DNA of 20,000 nt from Psammoneis japonica (Eukaryota), in NCBI GenBank assembly GCA_008632985.1, contig QPGO01000278.1, positions 57,027 through 77,026 of the forward strand, in the 5' to 3' direction. The position numbers and the translations under genes were made by a program. Positions 10,361 to 19,841 of this stretch are shown here, one piece after another. A model generated the notes under the pieces. That model was not told the DNA's origin. It did not search any database and worked only from the letters and a program-made list of their open reading frames with translations. How positions within the stretch are numbered: position 1 is the first letter of the stretch; each line of letters opens with the position of its first letter.

Positions 10361-12422
10361 ATGAATGTTTTGCAACATCAACGTCTGCATTTTCAGCTGT
10401 TTCTGGGAGCTCTCAAGACTGAATCCAAGGTCATGATGCATTCAAAGATGGATGTCTGGATGACACTTCCCGCCCAACTGCTCACACTTTGGCTTTTTTG
10501 GCGCCAAGAGTGCCACAAGAAGAGCACTTTTACAAAGAGGGAGGTGACAATGGAGGTGGCAGCTCTGGACGATGTTTTGAGTGCACTGGTCTGCAACGCA
10601 CAGCTGCCAATGAGAGTTGGTGTGTCACGGCGACGTGTTGCAGCCTTTGAATGTCACAAAGGGCGTGACAAAAACAACCTTTTGTCTGCATGCATGCTGC
10701 ATTGTGAATTCACAGCAGAGTGGTTCATCGCAACCATCAGGCAGGAGGCCAGGGGTTCAAAACCCTAAGTGGGAGTTGTCTGCAGCAACGTTGATCACTG
10801 TCGAACGCGTAAAACTCTGTGCAGTTCTGTGTGTTCCTTCGTGCATGCCCACACTGTTCCGCCAAAACCGTGCAGTGTCAGTGCACATTGGTGAAGAGCC
10901 GTGTGGACTCGTGACACATGTGGAGGAGTGCAACACACAGCTGCCAATGAGAGCCAATGCATCACGGCGACGTGTTGCAGCCTTTAAATGTCACAAAGGG
11001 CGTGACAAAAACAACCTTTTGTCTGCATGCATGCTGCAGGTCTGCTCACATGCCAGGAGAATCATTGATCTGATTCTAGAAGGGGGGTGGAAGAGCGGAG
11101 ATGTCATCAGGTCTTGGCAAGAGTTGAAGGCGTCCATCCAGGCCACTCATGTCAACTCAAAGGACAAAGCCGCGGTCACCTCAGACTGTGTTCCAGCAGC
11201 TTGCCAAGATGTGCATCAAAATCTGCATGGTGGACCCACACCAGAGGTGTGCGCGCTGTCGTCATGTCCTCTGGCGCGTGCTGATGCAACAGTCCAGATG
11301 GAGGCACAGTTGGTCAAGGACAAGCTGAACAAGGACATCATGGTTGTGCCCCTGGCAGACTGGACGAAGCAAGAATGGGTGGAGCTGCAAGAGTGTTACA
11401 AAAGGCTTTGGCGTCAGGTCGCTGACCTGATCAGAGCCAGGGATTCAGAGCACAAAATCAACAGTGCTTGGCTGATGACATGTTCATGACCCGGCACCGC
11501 CAAGCAACCATGAGGATGGCGGTGAACTCATTGCTGGCACCTGTGAGGAACGACATGCGCTTGACAGTGCAAGAAGGCAAGGCTGTGATCTGTGTGGGCA
11601 AGAAAGCTGTGCAAGAATGTTTGTAAGTTGGCAAGTTTCTCCTCCTCAACCTTGCGATGCGGCACGTCTCACCTTCTCTCCCACTGCCAAATTTCCTTCC
11701 CCTTTGTTTCAGGAAAGATTGCAACAGCATCGGTGCCCAGATGCTCTTGCCAACCGAGGATGGCATCTTGCTTAAAAAGGGGATGGATGGCCTTGCCAAG
11801 GCATTGCAGGAGGAGAGCAGTGAGGAGGGCAGTGAGGAGGACTTGACATTGACCGCAGATGCCACTGCCTTCTGTGAAGCATTTGGCCCCCTTCTTGCAA
11901 AGGGCGGTGATGGAGAAGAAGAAGCAGAAGATGAAGAAGCAGGGGGGGGGCTGGGACATGCCAGAGTTTTGCTTGGTTGAGTTCCACAAGTGCTTCAGCC
12001 AATTGCTGAGAGACTGGGCACAGACCCTCAAGGATTCTCTTGGTCTTGGCTCTGTTCTGGAAAGCATGGTGAAGTTGCCCAGTGCGGTCAGGGAAAAGGG
12101 CTCTCCCAAGAAATTGAGAGCGCAACCATGGACAGAAGCACAAACAAAAGAGCTGAAAACAATGGTGTCGTGCATGTCCAAAAAGAGAGTCTCCAAGCAC
12201 ATCAAAAGGAATGAAATGTGGAACACAATCCTCCAGAACTCTACGATGCTGAGGGACACCAACAGAACACCTGCCCAACTCAGGGAGAAGCACAAGCAGG
12301 TTGTTTGCATGGATGAATGGCTGAAAGTAGAGGGCCAGAAACAGCTCATGCTGAAATGGACAATTCAAGAAGAGCAAAAGAAAATGGTTGAGAAGAAGAA
12401 GAGAGAGAGGTGGTCGGGGTAG
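10361..12422 (+). pseudogene. Paralog A: unknown N-terminal region plus C-terminal TRF/telobox-type Myb domain
   Basis: Myb-like PWTEAQTKELK...WNTILQNS..L...NRTPAQLREKHKQV (12126-12302). GT-AG intron 11623-11712 (90 nt) removes an in-frame TAA. Disrupted by a 337-bp insertion, a frameshift at ~11450 and a G9 run at 11942-11950. Confidence 0.7.
10592..11038 (+). repeat. 110-bp direct repeat (10592-10701 and 10929-11038) flanking 227 bp of unrelated DNA
   Basis: Ungapped alignment at offset 337; both copies encode CNxQLPMRxxxSRRRVAAFxCHKGRDKNNLLSACML. Confidence 0.92.
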
Positions 12423-12571
12423 AGTCCAAGAGATTGTGTCATCTTAAATGGCGTCAATGCATGTAAAAATGTTTTTTCAAAACCAGTTCAATCAAAATTT
12501 GATGACGTCCGAAGCAGCCACAGAGTGATTGCATTTTAGACTCACTCTAAAGTGTTTGTAGAGTGTTGCTT

Positions 12572-14381
12572 CTACAGTTTTGATCCACGTGCACCATGCA
12601 GTGAGCCGGCACATTGCACCGGCAGTGCAAAGCCACCTGAGAAATGCTCTGCGGCAGCTGGCATTCTGCCTTCCTTTTTTTGTGTCAAACTTCTGTTCAA
12701 GTTCCGCATTTTGTCTTTCAAATCAATGTTTGTCCTGTTGTTCCTTCTGAGCAGAGGAGAGTTTTCCAGAGTGGTCCTCCATCTGCGTTTGTTTTGAGGG
12801 TCGCTGTGGCAAACCGCCTGGTGGAGCATCTTCAACTCATTGATTTCCGCTGCACTCCAAGGTCTCCTGTCACGTCTCTGTGGTTTGCCTGGAGCTTTGT
12901 GGGCTTTGTTGGATGTTTCTTTTCTGCAATCAGATTTGAAGAAAGATCCTTGGCCGTGTGTCTCTTCTGCTTCAGATGCACAAAGTTGCAACAGATGCAT
13001 CATGTCATGTTGAAAACTCTCCAAGCACAAATCCGGCACAGCATCTGCATGTTGGCTCCCATCATGACCAGGGCCATTGCAGTCTCTTTGCAGATTCACA
13101 GGACCAAAGCATTTCTGAAAAGAGCTTGCCTCTGCTGTCACTGTGGCTCTTCTGTTCATGCTTGATGCCGCTGCTTTGAACAAGCTGCTCAAACCACTCT
13201 TCACTTCTTCTTGAAGCTCCGGAGACATGAGCTTGATGTTGCAAAAGTCCGCACTGCAGACAGAACAATGTCGGGAACCATCATTGAGCAACAAAATTCC
13301 AACCTGCGGGGGCATTTGGGAGTGGGATCACTCACATGCATTCTTTTGCTGCCCCTCTGGGAAGAGTCATCACTGTGGTGCTCTTGGCATTGGAGTGAAG
13401 TCTCCTTGAATTGCGTTGCCTGGTGACACTAATTGCGCTCCTCACGGCCGCAAGATCGCAATAAATCTGCAGTTGCACACCCAATCGATCACACTCCAAT
13501 TGCATCTCCAATGCTCCACCCGATGCACCACCCTCACTTGCTGGCATCGTGCCTCTAATCATCTTCATCATGTCCTTCAATTCTCCTCCCAATGCCATCC
13601 AATCGTCCCTGCTTCAATCACACAGAGACTTCACCGAGATCTTGCTCTCACCCGGCAAACTGGCAAATGTCTTCTTGAGTGAATTGTCCATGCAAGGGCC
13701 CAGAGAAAAGGGAGTGTGCTGAAACCTCCTGTGCGGATTCTCCAGACAAACCTGGGTGCACATTCTTGCCATCTTGCTGTGCAAATGGGAAGGTCCACAT
13801 GCCCTCACATCACTCAATCGATTTGTCTCATGATGCTGCAAGGCATCAAGCACAAGTTGAAGATCCTTCCATTTCTCTGCAATGCCTTCAATGTCTCCCT
13901 TCTCCACAGAAGCCAGCACATCAAGACAGTGCGCACAGACAACATCGTCCAGCTTCTTGGACCAACTGTCAATGGGAGGCTTGTAGAAGATGGTGCTCTC
14001 CATGGCTTCTCTCTGACAAGGCTTTTTTTGTGGTGCTGCAAGCAGTTGGCGGGCAAACTAACAATGCATGAAGCTCACAGGCTCAAGTTCAAGAAATGGG
14101 CTGGCATGTCGCCTCAACGGAAAAATCTTTAACATCCACAACTTAGGACAATTTTGTGCACGCCGATTTGCAACCTTTTTCGCGAACATTTGGTCCATCA
14201 TCTGTCCATCTGAACGTGGATTTTCGTGACCCTTCAGGCCTTTTTCATCACGAGGTCCTGCTCTAGCGGCAATGAAGTCTCCCAGGATGCAAGGAGCTCT
14301 GCTGCTGGCTGCCAGCTGGCTAGAGTGGACAGCAGGGAGTGTCTCACAAGATCCCCAGAGCTGTTTGCTCCTTTCTTGCAC
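12572..14381 (-). pseudogene. Paralog B: unknown N-terminal region plus C-terminal TRF/telobox-type Myb domain
   Basis: PWSAAEINELK...WRTTLENSPLLRRNNRTNIDLKDKMRNL (12862-12698) matches the telobox RTxVDLKDKWRNL. ORFs 14058..14381, 13614..14003 and 13332..13598 share one frame, and an 82-nt GTGAGT...CTGCAG intron (13335-13254) joins them in frame to 12572..13315. TGA at 13616-13614 aligns with Trp in paralog A. Confidence 0.8.
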
Positions 14382-14585
14382 ACCCTCGCCATCCGTGTTA
14401 AATCAATTTGTTGTCACTGGGTGGCTTTTAATCGCAAACGCAGCCTCCAAACTGTGCTCAATCTGAGCATCATCATTTGCGAACAGGCAGCAAGCAGACC
14501 AGCTTCTAACATTTGCCCTTCTAAATTGAAGAATGGGACGACGACCCTCAAGATGAGCAGGAGACATTGAGATGAGCAGGGGACA

Positions 14586-14947
14586 TTAAGACGCACACTC
14601 CTCTAACTTTCTCTTGGCCCCTCTTTCTTGTGCAGGCTTTTTCTTTTGAACCAAACAGGGGCTGTGCGTCAAGAACCAAAAAACAAAGCTCGCGTCGCTG
14701 TGGCGACCCGCCAACACACGCGGCCACAACGAATCGGGCCTTTTGTCTTTGCTGAGCCGCAACAAGTGACGTCCAGCCTTGTTCATTCGGCAAAAGCAAT
14801 CCATCACCCGTTGAGTCTCCCCAATTGGCACTGTGACGCGCTTCAAAGAGCACAAGGCTTCTCCACTTAGGTGTGATTTCTAGCTGAGGGTTCCCACGCA
14901 AATTAAGTTTTTCAAGATTGGGCAGCGCCAAAACCTCTCGCGGAATT
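14586..14947 (-). pseudogene. LRR-protein gene, 3' fragment (after the LTR element insertion)
   Basis: IPREVLALPNLEKLNLRGNPQL (LRR), a frameshift at ~14860, then MDCFCRMNKAGRHLL...SLWPRVL...FVFWFL, resembling the LNxAGRxLL..LWPxVL C-terminus of diatom LRR-family proteins. TAA at 14588-14586. Confidence 0.7.
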
Positions 14948-15223
14948 TGACAGAAATTGAAGGCAAATGGCAAGAATTCAAACAACAACTCCTCACTGCT
15001 GTCTAAACAGCAGATGAGTCTTCGCTCAGAGACCGTCACAGGAGCCAAAAGACGTGCAAGTTGGCACAATCGGGCTGCTGTCATTGTTCTTCTGAGCCTT
15101 GTGGCTCGAAAGCAAACTGCATCGCGCGCGAACGCATGGAACTAAAGCACACAAAACTGTGCGCGGTGAACTAAACAGCGCGCGACATTTCATGCACACC
15201 TGAATCCTGTTCAAATCCTGTCA
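14948..15223 (-). repeat. 3' LTR (276 bp)
   Basis: TGACAGAAATTGAA...TTCAAATCCTGTCA terminal inverted repeat; ungapped match to 17398-17673 with 27 substitutions. Confidence 0.93.
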
Positions 15224-15234
15224 CTCCCCAGTTT
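15224..15234 (-). promoter_or_regulatory. Polypurine tract of the LTR element
   Basis: Minus-strand AAACTGGGGAG directly abuts TGACA of the 3' LTR. Confidence 0.75.
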
Positions 15235-15289
15235 GCTTGAAGAGTCACAGAAACAGATTCGACTTTGGATTGACTGAAGAACCTTGGAG

Positions 15290-15740
15290 TCAAAGCACCA
15301 AAACATGAGGAGACAAGAAAGGATCAAGATCCTGGAGCAACGCTGCATTCTCCAAGTGGGTCATCTTGAGATGAGCTGCGTCTCCCCAATTGTAGATGCC
15401 GTTGTGCTTTTCAAAGCTCAAGGCACACTTGGGATCTTGTGGGATTCCACATCTGCACTTGCAATGGAAGGAGCAAAGCTTGGTCTGGTTGACAATGTTG
15501 AACGGCGGGGCAACATCGCAGGACAATGCAAACAAGTTGACATCGCCTTCACTTCCTGAGCGAAGGTCGTAAAGACTGATGGCCGTCTGTTGGTTCTTGG
15601 AACGGTCGCCACACTGGGTTGCTGCTAGAAAAACAGAGCAGTGCTCGTGCAGGGTGGCATGGCGTTTGCACGACTCAGGGAACAGAGCAAGCATGAGTTC
15701 AAAGGCACAAGCAGTGGTCTTGTGTTCCACCAATCCGATT
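15290..15740 (-). pseudogene. pol: Remnant of copia pol (segment just upstream of the RT core)
   Basis: HCKCRCGIPQDPKCALSFEKHNGIYNWGDAAHLKMTHLENAALLQDL resembles the YKYGxxIPxxxxxAxxxDxxNGxxxWxDAxxxEMxxL..DL motif preceding RT in diatom copia elements (recall). Confidence 0.55.
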
Positions 15741-16088
15741 GCAAGCTCAGCTGCATCTCCTGAGAGACTGATCCAATTGGAAAAACGAGTCTCAAGGTGC
15801 AAGCCTTTGGGGATCGGATTGGAGCAAGACATCTTGTGGTGCAAGGCTGCAGATGTCTGACTGGGGCAACCAATCCCGTGCTGCAAGACTTCTGGGATCC
15901 ATTGCGCAGGCCCGCACTTCGAGACCAGTTGGGACACTCCACCCATGGCTTCCAAAGCTGCAGTCTTTGCACCCCGCGAACCACCTCCTTTTCCCATCAT
16001 TGAATCTGTTCACAACAGTTCAACCGGTTCATCAGATGGGGAGTTCAGGACATCCAAGCAGCTTCATTGTCTTTGGATCCTCCAAGCA

Positions 16089-16237
16089 TCGTGCCTTGAG
16101 ACTGGGCCTCCTGGTTGGATGCCCCAAGTCTCGTGCCTCGAGACCAGGCCTCCTGACTGGATGCCCCAAGTCTCGCACCTCGAGACTGAGCCTCCTGATT
16201 GGATGCCCCAAGTCTCGTGCCTTGAGACCAGGCCTCC
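16089..16237 (+). repeat. 42-bp minisatellite, ~3.5 copies up to the N gap
   Basis: Unit TCGTGCCTYGAGACYRGGCCTCCTGAYTGGATGCCCCAAGTC with exact 42-bp period. Confidence 0.95.
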
Positions 16238-16301
16238 NNNNNNNNNNNNNNNNNNNNNNNNNNNNNNNNNNNNNNNNNNNNNNNNNNNNNNNNNNNNNNN
16301 N
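16238..16301. other. Assembly gap (64 N)
   Basis: Run of N between the two oppositely oriented minisatellite arrays. Confidence 0.99.
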
Positions 16302-16326
16302 CTTGCCAGTCTTGTGACACGAGCCT

Positions 16327-16495
16327 CGGGGATCCAATCAGGAGGCCAAGTCTTGAGGTGCGAGACTTGGAGGATCCAATCAGGGGGCCCAGTCTCGAGG
16401 TGCAAGACTTGGGACATCCAACCAGGAGACCTGGTCTCGCGGTACGAGACTTGGGGCATCCAATCAGGAGGCCCAGTCTCGAGGTGCAAGACTTG
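16327..16495 (-). repeat. Same 42-bp minisatellite, ~4 copies, inverted relative to 16089-16237
   Basis: Reverse-complement units; both arrays translate as ETGPPDWMPQVSxL on opposite strands. Confidence 0.95.
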
Positions 16496-17386
16496 TTGGG
16501 ACGCAAAGGTAGACTTGAAACTTGGGTGAGAATGGGCTTGACTTGAAATGGACTTGACTTGAAATCTTGAACTATCCCAAAAAATCAGAAGTCGCCGGGG
16601 TGTGCTGTCCCGTTCGTTGTCAAGTGCTAAACTTCCCATCCGGTCTGCAGAGTTGTGCCGGCACGTCCGAACCCGCAGCTGGTGGCACTTTGGGTTGCTT
16701 GCGAGCGGAGCAGCGGGTTGTGAACCCCTGCAGGTGAGCTGGCCAGAGGTGGACAAGACCCCCGAACCGTTCTCATTTTACATCGGTTGGATTTCCCGAT
16801 CAGGCTGGCCAGTTGACGCAGGCGTCAGGCACTGTGGACGAACGAACAAACGCGGGAAAACACCCTCGCCCCAACGTGGGCTGTAATCACGGCTGCTTGC
16901 TCTCACAGTCGTCCTCGTGGACCTGGCAGAACTGCAGAGCACCAGCAGTCTGGGGTAGATCAGGTGCAATGGGCTCGGCGTGCTTGTAGAGTGGCAGCAA
17001 AGCGGTGGTCCAAAGAGTGGGTTCAAGTCCTTGGCCGCGAAGATGTGTGTGTGCACATGTCTTCAGCGACAAAGATCCTTGAACATGTGGGGTTCTTGAC
17101 CGTTAACCGTTGAACGGGTGTGTCAAGGGATGAGGATCAAGGACAGACTTGGATGTGACCGTTGAATGTGTGTCTTCAGCGACAAAAGGCAGCACAATCA
17201 ATCCAGATGTCCAGCGGCAAGGAGACTTGACGGTGACGTTAACTTCCTGCCGATGCCTGGTGTTGAATGCGCGCAGACTTGCCGATGTACGTAGAATGTA
17301 CACGGAGGTCCACGCAGAATTGAAATGGCGTCGTCGGCAAATCAACGACGACAATGGCGGTTGCTCAATGGGTTGACAATGAGCAA

Positions 17387-17397
17387 GACTGTTAATC
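17387..17397 (-). promoter_or_regulatory. Putative primer-binding site complementary to the tRNA-Asn(GTT) anticodon arm
   Basis: Minus-strand GATTAACAGTC directly after the 5' LTR; its complement GA-CT-GTT-AA-TC has the layout of tRNA positions 30-40 with anticodon GTT. Confidence 0.6.
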
Positions 17398-17673
17398 TGA
17401 CAGAAATTGAAGGCAAATGGCAAGAATTCAAACAATGACTCCTTGCTGCTGTCTAAATGGCAGATGAGTCTCCGCTCAGAGACCGTCACAGGAGCCAAAA
17501 GACGTGTGAGTCGGCACAATCGGGCCACTGTCATCATTCTTGTGAGCCTTGTGGCTCGAAAGCAAACTGCATCGCGTGCGAACGCGCGGAACTAAAGCAC
17601 ACAAAACTGTGCGCGGCAAACTGAACAGAGCGCGACATTTCACGCGCACCCAAATCCTGCTCAAATCCTGTCA
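17398..17673 (-). repeat. 5' LTR (276 bp)
   Basis: Partner of 14948-15223 at offset 2450. Confidence 0.93.
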
Positions 17674-17800
17674 GAATTCCAGTCAATTGTGTGCAATTGA
17701 ACAAATGCTGACATGCTGTCACGAACACAGGCAGTTTATGTGCTGTTGGCGATTGGTCCACTGTCGCTTGTTTGGTGGCCCCAGTGGCACAACATCTCAC
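17674..17800 (-). pseudogene. LRR-protein gene, 5' fragment (before the LTR element insertion)
   Basis: Removing 14948-17673 plus one GAATT gives the in-frame read QHLFNCTQLTGIPREVLALPNLEKLNLRGNP. Upstream extent unclear. Confidence 0.6.
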
Positions 17801-18417
17801 AATTCCAGAGCCTGTCGATGCTGTTCAACACTCTGTCTTGTCTTGCACCCAATTCTTGGCCATCATGGCAGCATTCATTCACTTCATCAGAGCCAATGCG
17901 CTGTGATGTTCATCGCCTGGAACGGGCATTGCGAACGGCACGACGGCATTGTTGTGATCTGTCAATTTTTGCGGCAAGCGCCCATGGTTGCTCGCGTGAT
18001 CGCTGAGTCCTTTGTGTGTGTCAATGTTCATGAACATGAACGACATGCTCTTGGAGACCAGAGCTGTGATCCGTTAGACATGACATTAGTGTGCGGAATG
18101 TTTGATCACATGGATGGAACATGTTGGCTAAGACATGCAAACATCCGTGATGAAGACAACACAATGATTTGTGCACTGAGGTCTGTCATTTGATCACATG
18201 CATTTCATCAATCAAAATGCATTGTCAAATTGTTCAGACACTGTGCATGTGGATGCATGTCTGTTGGACATCATTGCTTGGGAGCAACACCACCTGCTCG
18301 CGGGTTCGCCAAGCAGCAACCGCCAAATCGGCACAAGAACCACACATTTTTCTCACTTTCCTCCACTCACACAAGTGGATGCTCACGCGTCGAAACGCGG
18401 GTGACTGCTGACACACC

Positions 18418-19841
18418 ATGGCCGCTGCTGCAGCCTTTGCCGCCTGTCTCACGCATTGTGGACACAATGCACAGACGCGCACCTGCACAGCCCGCCAAGG
18501 CTTCACTGCGATCGAGGACCTGGAACAGGTCCCTTTGACGGAAATCACCGATGTGACCAAGGGTGTTATGAAGAGCGTGGACACCGCCGCCAACCCCCAA
18601 ATCCGCTTTCCACACCTGGCGAATCGCAAGCTCAAGGCACTGCCTGTGTGGATTGACTGCCGCAGAGCCCGGAACCAAGAGCCGACCGCTGCTCTCTTCA
18701 CTGGCGATGTTGTTGGAACATGGACGGCACGTCTGACGGAACTGGAGCAATTCAAGTCCGCCGACTTGGACGACGAATTGGCTGCCAAAACGGCCGTGGA
18801 GCTCAAGAACCCACACGACTGGCCTGCCTTCCAAGAGCTGCTGGAGACCAAACTACGTCACCACTGCAGTGCCGTTGCCAGAGTGCCCCTCATTTGCCCA
18901 GTTGGGGAACATGAAGATGTCACTGCCGAAATGTTGGCTGCTGCCTGCACTGCCATTGACGAGGACCTCACTGCCACTGCCTGCCTTGCAGGAGCACAGT
19001 GTGCGCAGGACAGGCAACGTCTGCATGATCTCCTGAAGAAGCCAGTGACAGGGGGGCCTGGATGGGCTTTTGTCAAACCTTCCAATCGCAATCGCGATGG
19101 TCGCACTGCTTTCTTTGCACTTGAGAGGCAGGCGGAAGGATCAGCTGCCGCCACTGCCCAAAAGAACCGTGCTTGTGCACAGATTGCTGCGGCAAAGCAC
19201 ACCGGACGGGGTCGATTTACATTTGACCAGTGCGCTCAGCGTCATCAAAAGGCTCACAACGACTTGTCTGAGCTTGATGAACCGGTGGCCGAGACCAAGA
19301 AGGTCTCTGACTTTCTGAAGGGCATCTCCGACCCTGGGTTGGAAACTGGCAAGAGCGCAGTGGATGGCGACCCAACGAAGCTAGTGGATTTTGAGGCATG
19401 CCAGCAGTGTGTGTGAAAACTCTGGTCAAGAATGCCAAGAACCGCAATGCTGACGCTTGCAGGGTCGCATCCATCCAACGCCGCAACAATCGGCGCACCA
19501 ACCCTGGTGGGAAGCACCAACCTAAAAAGGACAAGCCCAGGATCCGGGCAGGCCATTGTCCTGTTGAAGAGTGGAGTGCTCTTGACGGCCCCAAACGAGA
19601 GCAAGTCCAAAAGCTCCACAACGCCAAGAAGGCCGAAAAGAAACGCAAAGCTGCTGCTGCATCCTCGGAGGCTGAGTCGGTCGATGCCAAAACTCGCGCT
19701 GTGAAGAAAGTGGCCATTGCCGAGCCTGCTGCTCAACCTGCTGATGCACCGAAAGACTCCGACGAGCCTGACAAACCTGCCGCCAATGCAGGCACCCAGT
19801 TCGGACGCAGTGCACACAAGAAACCTCAGAATGAGGAATGA
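18418..19841 (+). pseudogene. gag: gag of copia element 2, one frameshift at the (GT)n run ~19407-19415
   Basis: Motifs GPGWAF...DGRTAFFAL...EG, FTFDQxxQRHQKAHNDL, EPVAETKKVSDFLKGISDP, DFEACQQ and C-terminal NAGTQFGRSAH. No Tyr in the 332-aa ORF. Confidence 0.8.

Larger units (their letters stand above)
14948..17673 (-). mobile_element. Complete non-autonomous (internally deleted) LTR retrotransposon, 2726 bp, with 5-bp TSD GAATT
   Basis: Two 276-bp direct repeats with TG...CA ends. GAATT at 14943-14947 and 17674-17678. PBS and PPT positions fix the minus orientation. Only a short pol remnant inside. Confidence 0.93.

Noticed and set aside
10760..10768. AAACCCTAA telomere-like motif inside the Myb paralog A region
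   Set aside because: A single 9-mer within insertion filler; compatible with chance.
15945..16756. Repeat proteins ETGPPDWMPQVSxL
   Set aside because: Translations of a 42-bp minisatellite that is open in several frames and spans an N gap; no evidence of coding.
17340..17400. A tRNA-Asn gene at the PBS
   Set aside because: Only 11 nt match an anticodon arm; no D arm, T arm or acceptor stem.
17549..18193. 214-aa plus-strand ORF as a gene
   Set aside because: It starts inside an LTR, crosses the TSD, has no recognisable motif, and its 3' part may be eroded AT-rich LTR sequence.
18271..18288. Possible tRNA-Gly anticodon-arm-like PBS for copia element 2 (complement GTTGCTCCCAAGCAATGA)
   Set aside because: The loop is 6 nt rather than 7, and the LTR end cannot be confirmed without the second LTR.
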